Shown here piece after piece: positions 1 to 11,308 of a DNA stretch of 64,000 nt; position 1 is the stretch's first letter, and each line of letters begins with the position of its first letter. The DNA is from an uncultured delta proteobacterium (GTDB taxonomy: Bacteria > Desulfobacterota > Syntrophorhabdia > Syntrophorhabdales > WCHB1-27): NCBI GenBank assembly GCA_963810935.1, contig CAWEPK010000008.1:160001-224000 (forward strand), read 5' to 3'. The notes under the pieces are model-generated. The model had not been told where the DNA came from and made no database searches. It was given only the letters and a program-made list of their open reading frames with translations. Both the position numbers and the translations under genes were made by a program.

Positions 1-93
1 GCCCGCATACTCTATCGGCCTGAGGGCTTCCCACAGAAGGGTTTCCACATTCCCGCCTTTCCTGGGCGACCCGTTGAATGCAACGATTTTCAT
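1..93 (-). CDS. Flavodoxin / NADPH-dependent FMN reductase family protein (5' part only, runs off window)
   Basis: Hand translation from ATG at 93 gives MKIVAFNGSPRKGGNVETLLWEALRPIEYAG. GSPRxxGN is the FMN-binding signature. Not in the ORF track. Confidence 0.8.
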   Translation of the reverse strand, partial: MKIVAFNGSPRKGGNVETLLWEALRPIEYAG

Positions 94-109
94 GCGCGCC
101 TTTCCCTCT

Positions 110-532
110 CTATTTCCCGAATTTCAGCGTTATCTTCTCGTAGTCGCTCTCTTTATCGACTTTGGCGAGGAGCTCGATGCTCGAATCCCTGATGCCCACG
201 GCAAGGGTTATCTCTCCCTTCTTGCCCTCGATATGCGTCACCTGCCTCATGGCCTGTATCACCCTCTCCCCGATGTCCGCGCCGGGTGAAGGCAGCTCGC
301 CGTCTTCGTATTCCGCCTCCGCCTCCACACGCCCGTCCGCGTACTTCTTCAGGGAGATTTTCTTCGCATGGCGGTCGATGCCGTGGAGGATGGCCAGGGC
401 CAGCCATTTGAGGGCCGCTTCCTCCTTGTCGGCTTCTTTCCGGACAAGGGCCATCTCGGCGAGAGGGTCCGTCTCCGCGAAGCAATCGCAAAGCTCCTGC
501 ATCCTCTTGTGAGGGGTCGTCATATCTTTCAT
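110..532 (-). CDS. Conserved-looking hypothetical protein (140 aa)
   Basis: 3' part of ORF 110..1069. ATG at 532 follows a GGAGGGAG SD. Globular composition (MKDMTTPHKRMQELCDCFAETDPL...). Confidence 0.7.
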   Translation of the reverse strand: MKDMTTPHKRMQELCDCFAETDPLAEMALVRKEADKEEAALKWLALAILHGIDRHAKKISLKKYADGRVEAEAEYEDGELPSPGADIGERVIQAMRQVTHIEGKKGEITLAVGIRDSSIELLAKVDKESDYEKITLKFGK

Positions 533-659
533 TTTCTCCCTCCATTCTACCCGATAGGGCGGATTTTTAACAAGAGTAAAGTAAGCACCGGGGCGGCCCG
601 CTGCAACGAAGGGCAGGTCGAACGCACCCGGCTGCGGCCCACGCACCATACCTTGCCGG

Positions 660-688
660 TTGACGATAGGCCCGTCCGGAACTATACT
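660..688 (+). promoter_or_regulatory. sigma70-type promoter for usp
   Basis: TTGACG-17 bp-TATACT, ending 24 nt before the usp ATG. Confidence 0.65.
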
Positions 689-712
689 TGGTCGAAAGGA
701 GAAGAGGTGCGC

Positions 713-1166
713 ATGCTCAATAAGATCCTGGCTGCAACGGACGGCTCGAAGACTGCGCGGAAAGCGGCCTTTTACGCTTATGACCTGGCAGCACTTACAG
801 GCGGCACGGTAATGCTCCTCTCCGTCATCGACAGGGAGGTCATCGTCGGAAAACCCGCCATGCCTGCAAACGCAACCCCCAGGCACATCGTCGAGCCCCT
901 GGAAGATTACCTCCGAGAGGCTGCGGAGACGGACATGAAGGAGATCGAGGCGCACGGCGCTGCGAAGGGTATCTCTACGACCATGACCGTCAGGTACGGC
1001 CACCCCGTCGAGGAGATCGTGGCGGAAGCAAAACGCGCGGGCGCAGACCTGATCGTTATGGGGTCGCATGGAAAGAGCACTTTATCTGCCGCCCTTCTCG
1101 GCAGCGTCACCTTTCGGCGTAGTTCACAGGTCGGTGCACGTGCCCGTCCTTATCATCCCCCGCTGA
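713..1166 (+). CDS. Universal stress protein (UspA family), +1 frameshift near 1112
   Basis: MLNKILAATDGS...ADLIVMGSHGKS...LLGSVT. Removing one T at ~1112 restores the canonical end FGVVHRSVHVPVLIIPR*. Confidence 0.9.
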
Positions 1167-1195
1167 ATAAATCGAACGCAAAAAACGAGAGGCCC

Positions 1196-2108
1196 ATGGA
1201 CCATATGCTACTGACAAGCAGCGGCGTTAAAGTAGTCGTGCGGCCGGATTTGGGCGCAAGGGTCGATCAGATAACCGACCTGGAGACGGGCAAAGACTGG
1301 CTGTGGCACCCGGACCGGTACAATGAGGGAGACGAGAGAGCTTTCAGTGGGGGCGTCTTTCGACGAGAACTGGAGCGGGGGATGGGACGAGGTCTTTCCG
1401 AACGACGCGGGCGGGGCGTTCCGGGGACGCAATCTCGCAGACCACGGGGAGCTGTGGAGCCGCAACTGGCGCGTCACGGAAAGCTCCGACTCCGAAGTCA
1501 GGCTTGCCTGTGACTGCTCTACTCTGCCTGCGGCGTGCGAGAAAAGAATAGCCGTAACTGCGGAGGGACTGACAGTCGGCTATCGGCTTCAGAACCTTTC
1601 AGGAGAGGCGCTGCCATTTCTTCTCAAGCTCCACCCTGCCCTCGCCGTAGAGCCGGGCGACGAGATATTGCTGCCGCCCTGCATGGTAGAGCCGGTTGAC
1701 ATCGGCTTCAGCACGATCATCGGAAGATCGGAAAAGACGCGCTTTCCCATGGCGTGCGGAGCGGACGGAAAAGAAGTGCGCCTCGACGTGGTTCCGGGGC
1801 GGGAAGCGGGAAGCCGCGAGTTCTTCTATACAACCGGGCTCGAAGGGCCGTGGTGCGGTCTCAAAAACAGCCGGACCGGCCGGACGTTAAGGTTTTCGTT
1901 CGACAGCGGCCGGTTACCCTATGTCTGGGTCTTCGCAAGCTATGGCGGCTGGCAGGACCATTACGTGCTCATACTGGAGCCATGCACGAACGTACCCTAT
2001 GACCTCGAAACCGCCCTCTCCAACGGGACGTGCGCAATCCTTCAACCCCACGAGCTGCGCGAGATCGAAGTCCGCGTCACCCTATCCGGGGGAGCCGTCA
2101 GTCCGTAA
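1196..2108 (+). CDS. Aldose 1-epimerase / galactose mutarotase-like protein, +1 frameshift near 1328
   Basis: N-terminus MDHMLL...VRPDLGARVDQITDLETGKDWLW joins the frame containing GGWDEVFP, KLHPAL, LPYVWVFASYGGW and LILEPCT. Confidence 0.7.
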
Positions 2109-3158
2109 GTATCGAGCAGCCCGGAGGCCGCGCCCAGCACTTCGTCCACAGGGACGTCGGCCACGAAGGATTCATGGTGGTCGCATTTCCCTTTGATGCA
2201 GTTGACCCCGCAGACCGGACATTCGAGCCGCCAGCAAAGCACGGGACGGTGGCGCGCCCTTGTCACCGGGCCGGCAGTAAAGACGTTCCCGCACCAATAG
2301 ATGCCGACGGTCGGCGTCCCGACTGCGTGCGCCAAATGCAGAGGGCCGCTGTCGTTCCCGACGACGAGCACGCAACGCGACAGCAGGCCCGTCAATCCCT
2401 TGAGCGAGAGGCGGTCGCAGAGTTGCTCCGGCGTATGCGTCATGCGTCCGGCAACACCTTCGATTATTTTTCTCTCGGACGCTACGCCGGGAATGACGAT
2501 CCGCAAGCCCTGGGCGGCAAGCCAGTCGCCCACTGCTGCAAGCTTCTCCTGCGGCCAGCGCCTGCGGCCGTCGCCCCCGCCCGGCACTATGGCGGCGATT
2601 GCTCCGCCCGCGCCGCCGACTGCGGACATCGTACTCGCTGATGTCCGCCTCCGTTACCGCAAGGGCAGGCTCGTGCGTTACAGCCTGTGCCCCGGCCAGA
2701 CGCGCAACTTCCAGGTAGCGCAATATCTCCGGCTGGAAATAAACGTAAGGCACCCAGAGGTCGAGCGGCGGTGCGTCCGGCGCGCGCAAACCCACGGAAA
2801 AGCGCGCCTTCAGGCGCGTCACGAACGGGTTTGAATACCTGCCTCCCCCGTGCATCTGGAAGGCGATGTCGAACCGCTCTTCCTCCATGGCGGCAAAGAA
2901 GGCGGACAGTACGCCTTCGTTCTGGCTAAGCCCGGCCTCCTCGCGTATGCCTTTTGCCGGCGGAACCACGACTACGCGGTCCACGGGCGACTGCCTGCCC
3001 TCCAGGAAAGACACGTGCCACGGGAGGCCCAGCAGCACTATCTCGGCCTGGGGGAAGGCAGCCCGGAGCGATTCGAGCGCAGGCAGCGCAAAAAGGAAGT
3101 CTCCCAGGCCGTTTGCCCTGAGCACCGCAATCTTGCGCACCTCTTCGGGCATCATCAT
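2042..3158 (-). CDS. GT9 (ADP-heptose heptosyltransferase-like) glycosyltransferase, +1 frameshift near 2633
   Basis: N-half KIAVLRANGLGDFLFALPALESLRAAFP; C-half RRWPQEK...VVGNDSGPLHLAHAVGTPTVGIY. ATGA overlap with the upstream gene. Confidence 0.88.
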
Positions 3159-4216
3159 GCCTTTATCACCTCGCTTGCGGCATCCACTACCTGTTCGATA
3201 GATATGCCCCGCAGGCAGGCGTACCGCGAGTGACAGCCGTTTTCTGAACACGGCCTGCACGGCAGGTCGCGCACGATTGCGCGGAACGGTCCATTAGCCG
3301 GCGGTCCCCACCTTTTCGGGTCCGTCTCCCCGAAGATCGTGACGGACGGCACACCGAGCGCGTATGCGATATGGGCCGGACCCGAGTCATTCGTCAGGAG
3401 GACCGCGAGGCGCTCTATGACCGCCCCGAGCACGGGAAGCGAGGTCCGGCAGGTCGCATCGACAAGCCGAAAACCGGCACATTCCGCAAAAACCTGCGCG
3501 GCGGTATGCGTCTCACCCTGACCGACGAGCACGACCGTCCCCCCGTGACGCCGGCGGACCTCAGCCGCCGCTGCCGCAAAGCGCTCCACGCGCCACTGCT
3601 TCTCTCTCTTTCTTGCGTAAAGGTGCACGCCTATAAGGGGCGGCGGGGCGTCTCCAAGGAGCCGCATCGCTGCCGACCGGTCCTCTCCCAGCAGCGGGAA
3701 TTCGCATGCGGGGTCCACGTGAGGTGCGCCCAGGAAACGCGTCAGCGCGAGAAGGCGCTCGGTCTCGCTCCCCGTGTCCGGCATGGCGAGCGCCGCATCG
3801 AGCCTTCCCGGTCCGTCGCCCTTCCGCACGAAACCCGCAGTGGACCGGGCGCCCAGCATCAAAGCGAACGTGTTGGAATAAACGCCCGTCCCATGCATCT
3901 GGACAGCGAGGTCGAACTTATCGGCCTGCAATTGCTCAAGGCTGCCGAGGGCCGCGCGGGCGTCGAAGAGCTGCTCGGCCATGCCGGGGAACCCCGGAAA
4001 TGGGACAAAGCGGTCGATGCAGGGGCACCGTTCGACCAGGGGAGCGACGAAAGGCATGCCGACGAGCGTGATCTCCGCCTTCGGCAATGCCGCGCGGAGC
4101 GCCCGGAAGGCAGGGGTTGCGCAGATGAAATCACCTATGCGGGAGGCGCGCAGCACGGCGACCTTCCGCACATCGGAGAGGCGCCCCAGAAGCGGCTGTG
4201 TCCGTTTACCCCGCAT
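3155..4216 (-). CDS. GT9 glycosyltransferase
   Basis: VLRASRIGDFICATPAFRALRAALP and LLTNDSGPAHIAYALGVPSVTIFG; C-terminal CxxC...C motif. Confidence 0.9.
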   Translation of the reverse strand: MRGKRTQPLLGRLSDVRKVAVLRASRIGDFICATPAFRALRAALPKAEITLVGMPFVAPLVERCPCIDRFVPFPGFPGMAEQLFDARAALGSLEQLQADKFDLAVQMHGTGVYSNTFALMLGARSTAGFVRKGDGPGRLDAALAMPDTGSETERLLALTRFLGAPHVDPACEFPLLGEDRSAAMRLLGDAPPPLIGVHLYARKREKQWRVERFAAAAAEVRRRHGGTVVLVGQGETHTAAQVFAECAGFRLVDATCRTSLPVLGAVIERLAVLLTNDSGPAHIAYALGVPSVTIFGETDPKRWGPPANGPFRAIVRDLPCRPCSENGCHSRYACLRGISIEQVVDAASEVIKA

Positions 4217-5039
4217 ATTTTCGTATCATCTCGGGCAGCAACTCCAGGGCGTGACCGTCCACGGTCCCCTTGTCGTTCAGCACCGTCGAGGGAAGCTCCG
4301 AATAGTATGTACCCGAAGGGGCTATCGCGCAGCCGCCCCAGCGGCGCATGAGCAAATTTTGCACGAGCACCTCCTCGCCCGAATGGTACCTGGGGAGGCG
4401 ATCCCAGAAAGAGAAGCCGCCGACGTCGAGGAGCTTTTGCCGGTCGTACAGGATGCACGATGCAATCCACGCTACCTTGTAGAGACGCACCTGTCCCGGC
4501 GGGATCGATTGGCAGACGTGGTGGAGATTGGCTGCGCGGTGGAGGTGCCATCGCTCCCACTCGCCTGATCCGGGATCGACTGCCTCAGGGCTGACCGGGC
4601 CCGACCAGTAATCGATGCGCTGCTGGCCGGGCCGCACGTCGCCTGCGTAGGAAAGGCCCGCAGGGAAAGCGCCGACAAAAGCGCAGCCCTCCGATTCCAG
4701 TGTTTGCAGCAGCGTCTTCAGCACCCACGGGGACATCAGCACGTCATCGTCGAGATATAGCACGTGCTCGGCGTATGACTGTTTGAGCAGGAAGTCCCGC
4801 TGCTCGGCTATGCCGAGGGACGGCGCCCTGCGGAACCATTCAACATGGGCATCCGGCGAACCCGCCCTTATGACGCGCAGCAAAGACTGCACGACAGGCG
4901 ACTCCGCAGCCGGAGCGCGGCCCTGATCGCTCACTACGAGATGGATGTCCTTTACCGACTGCGCGGCAAGGCCCGACAGGGTCATGATCAGCGATTCGAG
5001 GCGGTCACAGGTAGGCAGCAGTACGTCAACAATGGCCAT
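4206..5039 (-). CDS. GT2 glycosyltransferase
   Basis: MAIVDVLLPTCDR..., VVSDQG, and the DxD-type YLDDDV. Start reassigned to ATG 5039. Confidence 0.82.
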   Translation of the reverse strand: MAIVDVLLPTCDRLESLIMTLSGLAAQSVKDIHLVVSDQGRAPAAESPVVQSLLRVIRAGSPDAHVEWFRRAPSLGIAEQRDFLLKQSYAEHVLYLDDDVLMSPWVLKTLLQTLESEGCAFVGAFPAGLSYAGDVRPGQQRIDYWSGPVSPEAVDPGSGEWERWHLHRAANLHHVCQSIPPGQVRLYKVAWIASCILYDRQKLLDVGGFSFWDRLPRYHSGEEVLVQNLLMRRWGGCAIAPSGTYYSELPSTVLNDKGTVDGHALELLPEMIRKYAG

Positions 5040-5047
5040 AAATTCTC

Positions 5048-5824
5048 CTACGGTCTCTTTACCGCGATTATCAGGTGCCCCCCTCCGGGCGGGCCGGATG
5101 AGAGGTCCACGCGGGACGCAAAGCGCGCGATGCGCATGTGCAGGCCGGTGGGCAGGCCGCGCCACGCAAGCCCGGCCGGCCGCCTCCCGGCCACCCGGAT
5201 TTGCTCGGCCAGGTCTATGGCGTCCCACACTGCTACGAGCGCCCGCCTGAGATACGGCCGAACAGAAACAACGTCGAGGCCCCACACGGCCAGGCGGTCG
5301 GCCCATTCACCCGCAGTCAACAGATTCAAGTGTACGAGGCGCCGGTTGCGCCAGGCGGCGTAACGGGAGGAAGGCAGTGCAAGCCACCTGTTGAACTCGG
5401 CAGTAGGTGCGGTGAAAACGAGGCGGCCGCCTGGCGCCAGCGTCCTCGATATCGCCCGCAGCACCGTGTCCAGCGAGCTTACGTGCTCAAGGACGGAATT
5501 GCATAGCACCGTGCAAAGGCTCCCGTCCGGAAGATGGGCGGCCTCAACCGGGCGCCGCTCGATCCTCTCGTAAAGGCCCGATCCGGCTGCCCGGCCTATT
5601 GCCTCGCTGAACGGATCGCAGCCTATATCGACCCGCTTCATGACGAGCGACGTCACGAGCCCGTCGCCGCACCCCACGTCGAGCACGGGGCGGGCGTAAT
5701 CGTACGTGCGAAGGGCCGCCACTTCAGCCCCTCTCCATAGCCCCAGGGAGGGTCCCGAGCTCGCGGAAGAGGATGGAGAAAGAAGCGGCGTCGAGACGGA
5801 GAGGGCCCTCATCTGCCCTATCAT
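5048..5824 (-). CDS. Class I SAM-dependent methyltransferase
   Basis: VLDVGCGDG motif I, NSVLEHV, LAPGGRLVFT. Confidence 0.85.
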   Translation of the reverse strand: MIGQMRALSVSTPLLSPSSSASSGPSLGLWRGAEVAALRTYDYARPVLDVGCGDGLVTSLVMKRVDIGCDPFSEAIGRAAGSGLYERIERRPVEAAHLPDGSLCTVLCNSVLEHVSSLDTVLRAISRTLAPGGRLVFTAPTAEFNRWLALPSSRYAAWRNRRLVHLNLLTAGEWADRLAVWGLDVVSVRPYLRRALVAVWDAIDLAEQIRVAGRRPAGLAWRGLPTGLHMRIARFASRVDLSSGPPGGGHLIIAVKRP

Positions 5825-5854
5825 GACAACGTACAGCCGGGACCCGGCTGCCGT

Positions 5855-6857
5855 CTAGAAGGTACCGCAGTGAATTGAGCAGGACTTGCATATTTCCGGT
5901 GGGTTGCGGGATGCGAGGCGCAGGCGGAAATCGGTGCATGCGCGGCCGTTCCATATGCGGGCGATATCGTATCCCTTTGTTCTTCCGAAATTGACCCTGT
6001 CGGGCGTCCCTACCATGCAGCACGGCATGACGCACCCCTGATAGCTGATGTAGATGCCCGTCTCCGGCCAGTCGCACGCGCCCTGCCCTGCCTGTTCCCC
6101 TGCCGGCCCTTCATCGGGTAAGCGTGGAAGGCGAAGCTCGACGCCAAGCCATGCGGCTGTGGCGCGGGCCTCCTCGAACCGCTCGGCTACCGTCTCCCGC
6201 CGGACACCGGCAACGTCCTCTCTTTCGACATGGGCGCGCATAGGCGCGTAATGGGCCGGCAGCGCCGCCTCCCGGAAGGAATGACAAAGACGCTGGACGA
6301 AGACCTGCTCCATGCCCAGATCGGAGGCGAGCTTCACGAGTCGGGCAAGCTCGGCAAGGTTGCGGCGCATAAGAACGACCGTCATGCGCATCGAAGGGAA
6401 GCGTGAGGACGTCCTTTCCTTCGCGCCCATAACCAACCGGACGTTGCCGACGAGTTTGCTGAAGGAAGCGCCCTTCCTTATCGATTCATAGATGGGGGCG
6501 GACGCCCCGTCCACGGAGACATGCAGGCATTGCAGACCGCTTTCGACTATCTCAAGGGCCCGTTCTCTGTCCACGAGCATGAGGTTCGAGCTTGCCGTCA
6601 CCTCGACCCCTTTCGAAGCAGCGTATGAGACCATCTCAGAGAAATGGGGGTTGAGGAGAGGCTCGCCCAGGCCCTGAAGGTGCAGGCGGTCGATGCCCGG
6701 CGTGGCATCGACAATCCGCCGGAACAGATCGGGCCGCATATACGCCCGGCCCGCGGGCCTGTTGTCCCGCCTCACCCGTATCGCGCACATCTCACAGCGG
6801 AGGTTGCATACGCCGGCCGGCTCGACCTGGAGATAGGCGGGCAGCGGGGCAATCCAT
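5855..6857 (-). CDS. Radical SAM enzyme with SPASM/Twitch domain (start uncertain)
   Basis: CNLRCEMC, QGLGEPLL, C-terminal CDWP...GCVMPCC...CKSC. No in-frame ATG; ATG 6857 fits if one extra C is removed. Confidence 0.85.
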
Positions 6858-6873
6858 TCGATCCGTTTTGCGT

Positions 6874-7836
6874 TTATAGAAAGAATACCCGGTACCTGAT
6901 AGCCCCTGCCAGACGCCAGAAGATGCAGACGGGCGGTATGATGATAGATGTAACGGCTATTTCGAGCACATGGAGCGGGCTGTGCGAAACACCCCGCAGC
7001 CTCTGGCTGCAAAAGCGGAAGGTGCCGAAGAGCCACGCAATGCCTGCCGCGGTTGCGCCAGCTCGAAACCCGGCCGCGGCACATGCGGCCGATAGGATTA
7101 AAATCAGCACGACGGCATAGTAATGCCAGGGATGGACCGGACTGATGTAGGTCCTGTAGAGGGCCGGGTGCTTCTTGTAAAGGAGGGCGTTGAACATGCT
7201 CTTCCTCTGCTGGCTGATGCTGACGCCCCACCGGGCAGGCCGGACGGGATGAACGACGACGGCGCCTCGTGCTTGTACGAGACGCTCGCCCCCTGCGAGA
7301 AGTCTGAAATGCAGTTCGCTGTCCTCGCGCCAGGCGGACGTGAACTCTTCGTCGAACCCGCCTGCTGCAACGAGGACGGCTTTCCTGTAAAAGGAATTGG
7401 CCGTGACGAACCGGGCGCGGGCGAGGTGCGAGGCATTCATCTCGTAGTCCGTCGGCCTGGCCGGAAGCGGCACCACTGTCTTGCCTGCTGCGCCCGCTAC
7501 GCCGTCGACGAAGGCGGCCGCGCCCGCCGTCAGCCAGCCGGGCGACGGGATGCAGTCGTCATCGGTAAAGGCGATAATCTCCCCTCTCGACATGCGAAGT
7601 CCGGCGTTTCTCGCTGCGGCCGGTCCGTGCCTCCCGGCGACTTCGACGTACCGTATATCCATCCGGTCCGCATACTCTTCGACGGCCCGCCTGGTCTGCC
7701 CGCTTCTGCCGTCGTCCGCCACAACTACTTCGTAGCGGGACTTATCGAAATCCTGCTCAGACAGGGCGGCCAGGCAGCGGCCGAGAAGACCGGCACGGCC
7801 GAGGGTGGGCACTATTACGGAAACCTCAATATCCAT
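6874..7836 (-). CDS. GT2 glycosyltransferase with C-terminal TM helices
   Basis: VSVIVPT, VVADDG, GPAAARNAG, AFTDDDC, GGFDEEF..REDSEL. Confidence 0.9.
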   Translation of the reverse strand: MDIEVSVIVPTLGRAGLLGRCLAALSEQDFDKSRYEVVVADDGRSGQTRRAVEEYADRMDIRYVEVAGRHGPAAARNAGLRMSRGEIIAFTDDDCIPSPGWLTAGAAAFVDGVAGAAGKTVVPLPARPTDYEMNASHLARARFVTANSFYRKAVLVAAGGFDEEFTSAWREDSELHFRLLAGGERLVQARGAVVVHPVRPARWGVSISQQRKSMFNALLYKKHPALYRTYISPVHPWHYYAVVLILILSAACAAAGFRAGATAAGIAWLFGTFRFCSQRLRGVSHSPLHVLEIAVTSIIIPPVCIFWRLAGAIRYRVFFL

Positions 7837-9554
7837 CTTTCCTTAACAGGAACGGGCCGATGGCGAGGGCATCGATCGGCGAGGTAAAAAAACATTCAAG
7901 GGCGTCAGTCGGCGTACAGACAATCGGCCGGGTGCGGGTATTGAAGGACGTGTTGACGAGGATGGGAATGCCCGTGCGCGACCGGAAGGCGGCCAGCAGG
8001 TCGTAATAAAGAGGGTTCTGGCTGCGGCTCACCGTCTGGATCCTTGCAGAATTATCTACGTGGCAGACTGCCGGTATCAGGGCCGCCTTTTCAGGCGGAA
8101 CATCGTGCACGAAAAGCATAAACGGAGAGGCGACGCCGCCGGTACAGAACCATTCATGGGCCTCTTCCTCCATGACAACAGGCGCGAGCGGCCTGAAGTC
8201 TTCCCGCTCCTTGATCCAGTTGAGTCTTTGCTGCATGTCCGCCCTGCGCGGAGAAGCCAGTATCGAGCGGCTGCCGAGGGCGCGCGGCCCGAACTCCATC
8301 CGCCCCTGGAACCACCCGAGGACCTTATCCTCCTCCAGCAGGCGGGCAGCAGCAGCCGCAATGTCATCCGGCCTCGACGCGGAAAGGCCCGCGGCGCGCA
8401 GGCAGGCTTCGATCTCCGCTGCCGAGTACTCCGGACCCAGATAGACGTCCTGCATCGGCGACGCCCGTTCCCCCTTTCCCTCCCGCAAATCAACGACGAG
8501 CGCAGCGCCGAGCGCCGTGCCTGCATCACCCGCAGCGGGCTGTATCCAGATGCGATCTGAACGGCCCCCTGTCCCTGATGGAGCTGTTGAGGACGCAGTT
8601 GAGGGCTACGCCGCCCGCCATGCAAAGGTCGGCCGCCCCGGTCGCACGCTGAAGCCACCGCGCGATCTCCAGTACCGCATCCTCCATGGCGACCTGCATC
8701 GAATGGGCTATGTCATAGTGGCGCTGCTGGAGTTTCTCTTCAGGGGCGCGGGCAGGCCCGAGCCGGCTCCATAGCCTGCTCGTGTCGATGGAATAGCGGC
8801 CTTCCTCGCCGACGCGGATCGCTTCCCTGAAAGCGCCCAGGAAGCGCGGCCGGCCAAGGGAGACCAGCGCCATGACCTTATACTCGTCCGACGAATGGAG
8901 AAAACCGAGGTGTGATGTGACTTGCTCGTAAAGAAGGCCGAGGGAATGGGGCATGACTACCTGCCCTAGCGGCTCGATGCGGCTCCCCTTGCCCAGCCCG
9001 TAGGTGGTCGTCGCTTTCTCTCCTCTGCCGTCGATGGTGAGTATCGCCGCTTCCTCGAAAGGCGAGACGAAGAACGCGCTCGCCGCATGGGAAAGGTGAT
9101 GGTCGACAAAATGCCAGCGGGACGGATCGATTGTCTTCATCTCCCTGAAGCGCAAGGAAAGGTGATGAGGAAATCCGCCTACCAGATGGCGGGGCGCATT
9201 GACGATATAGGAGAGAAAGAGGGGGTCCCATGCGGACTCCCATTCGGGGTCGATGGGCCGGATTGAGGGCTCCAGAGGCAGCTTGAGGGCCGTACCTGCG
9301 CTCTTCTTCTTGAGGCGCAGGTACGGGTCATACGAGTAAGCGAAATGGTCTACGTCCGCGAGGGTGGCATCCGCTTCGCGGAGGCAGTAATCGATGGCGT
9401 TGAACGGAAGCTCGTAAGCCGAGAACGGCACCGGCCGCTTGCCGTGCTTGATCCGGCTGAACCGTTCCTCTTCCGCTGCCGCGATCAGCCGGCCGTCGAC
9501 CACTGCGGCGGCTGACGAGTCATGGAAGGCCGCGTTTATGCCTAGTGTAAGCAA
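7826..9554 (-). CDS. NodU/CmcH-family O-carbamoyltransferase, +1 frameshift near 8558
   Basis: LGINAAFHDS, AAEEERF, HHLSHAAS, TIDGRGE, AGGVALNC; corrected junction DRIWIQPAAGDAG; then EFGPRALGSRS and NTSFN. Confidence 0.92.
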
Positions 9555-10696
9555 GGGGCCAGCAGCTCCAGGGCGGCTCGGACTGCGTCCTGCGGGGCTA
9601 CGAGACCCAGGCACTCGTTCGTCCCGCGTGGACAGACGCTCTTATAGCAGTACTTGCAGGGGACGTCGTGAAATAGCACTTTGCTTGGCACCCTCCAGGG
9701 TGCGTGCTGCGGGTTGGTAAGCGCGTAAAGGCTGACTACGGGGGTACCGAGGGCCGCAGCCACGTGGGCCGGACCCGTGTTATTCGAGATCAGAAGCGCG
9801 GCAGACCCGATAAGCGCGGCGAGCCCCGAAAGGTCGAGGCGGCCGGCAAGAGACCACGTGCGGGCGCCGAGGCACCCCCGGATGGCGTCGACGAGCGGCA
9901 CCTCCGATTCATCGCCCGTAAAGACAATCGGCAGGTCCGTCTCGGCGGACAATGCCCGGCAGGCGTCGATGAAGCTCCCCGGCGGATAACGACGCGACGG
10001 GGCCGTAGCGCCCGGATGGACAACGACAAACGGCCTGCCTTCGATGCCCGCTTCTTCGAGGAGTCCGCCAACGTAGCTCACTGCCCCGTCCGGCACCTTG
10101 AGCGACAGCCTTTCATTCTCCGTCCTGCAGCCCGCATACGCCACAAGGTCGAGCTGCCTGCGCACCTCGTGGCGGACACCCCCGGCCGTCTCCGTTTCCG
10201 GAAGGCCCGCGCTTTCCGCGCCTCCATTGCCACGGACCGACCCCGGCTCGTTTTCAGGTATGTGGTCCGTCAGGAGCTGGTACGGGTTCTCGCGGCAATA
10301 GGCCAGTCTGAGCGGGATATCGGCCAGGTAGCACAAAAGGGCGGCAGGCAATGGGTTCTGGCTGTAGACGGTAAAGATCGCGGCTCCGTCGAGGCCGAGA
10401 CCGCGAAGCTGCTCGATTGCAGCATGGTCGGTCGAGCTTTCGCTCCGGCCCGGCGTAGCCTTCATCCAGGGTGCATCGTAGATAATTACTTCGTCGATTT
10501 CGGGGACAAGGCGCGCCGCTTCCGCCCCGTTTGAAGACGTCAGGAAAAAGAGCCTGCGGCCGGGCAGTGATTCTTTGAGGGCGCGGACGGCAGGCGTAGT
10601 CATGAGGACGTCGCCGATTGAGTCGAGCCGGACGCAGAGGACCCGCGCGGCTTTATCCCACGATGCGTTTACTGCGTGTTCCTGCCCGCCCGTCAC
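9542..10696 (-). CDS. GT9 glycosyltransferase (WaaF-like)
   Basis: LCVRLDSIGDVLMTTPA, HPGATAPSRRY, ISNNTGPAHVAAALGTP, CKYCYKSVCP. GTGA overlap with the GmhB-like stop. Confidence 0.9.
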   Translation of the reverse strand: MTGGQEHAVNASWDKAARVLCVRLDSIGDVLMTTPAVRALKESLPGRRLFFLTSSNGAEAARLVPEIDEVIIYDAPWMKATPGRSESSTDHAAIEQLRGLGLDGAAIFTVYSQNPLPAALLCYLADIPLRLAYCRENPYQLLTDHIPENEPGSVRGNGGAESAGLPETETAGGVRHEVRRQLDLVAYAGCRTENERLSLKVPDGAVSYVGGLLEEAGIEGRPFVVVHPGATAPSRRYPPGSFIDACRALSAETDLPIVFTGDESEVPLVDAIRGCLGARTWSLAGRLDLSGLAALIGSAALLISNNTGPAHVAAALGTPVVSLYALTNPQHAPWRVPSKVLFHDVPCKYCYKSVCPRGTNECLGLVAPQDAVRAALELLAPCLH

Positions 10697-11289
10697 GCCG
10701 CCCCGTGCCTTGCGTGGCCCGTACCGTCCCTGTCGCGTGCAATGATGACAAGGGCCGCTTCCGCCAGGTCGTCGACAAAATAATCGGGGGTCCTGTTTTC
10801 CGTCAGCTCCCATTCAGTCTCGCTGCCGTTATTCACGAGAATAGTCCTGCACCCGGCCCTGCGGCCGGCTGCTATATCGTTGAGTATGTCGCCTATCAGC
10901 CAGGAGGAGGCAAGGTCGATCCCGTGTGCGCGTGCCGCGTGCAATATGAGGCCGGGCGCGGGCTTGCGGCAAAAACAGGAAACCGAATAATTGGATACGA
11001 TGCCCTCCGGGTGATGGGGGCAGAAGCAGACGTCGAGGAGCGGGACTTCGATGCGGGAGCACATTTGCTCCAGGCGCTGCCTGACCCCCTGCAGCGCGCT
11101 CTCCGGAAAGAGCCCCTTCGCCACACCCGACTGGTTAGACACGACGACTACACTGTAGCCCGATTCGTGGAGGAGCCGCAGGCAAAAGGCCGCACCCTTG
11201 GCAAAGCGGATGCGCGCCGGGTCCACGTTGTACGGGACGTTCTCGATGAGCGTGCCGTCCTTATCGAGGAAGACGGCTTTTATGCCCAC
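10693..11289 (-). CDS. gmhB: HAD-IIIA hydrolase, D-glycero-D-manno-heptose-1,7-bisphosphate phosphatase-like
   Basis: FLDKDGTL, SNQSG, CPHH...CFCRKP, IGD...DIAAG motifs. Confidence 0.8.
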   Translation of the reverse strand: MGIKAVFLDKDGTLIENVPYNVDPARIRFAKGAAFCLRLLHESGYSVVVVSNQSGVAKGLFPESALQGVRQRLEQMCSRIEVPLLDVCFCPHHPEGIVSNYSVSCFCRKPAPGLILHAARAHGIDLASSWLIGDILNDIAAGRRAGCRTILVNNGSETEWELTENRTPDYFVDDLAEAALVIIARDRDGTGHARHGAA

Positions 11290-11308
11290 GACTGCCCTCC
11301 GGGGCTTT

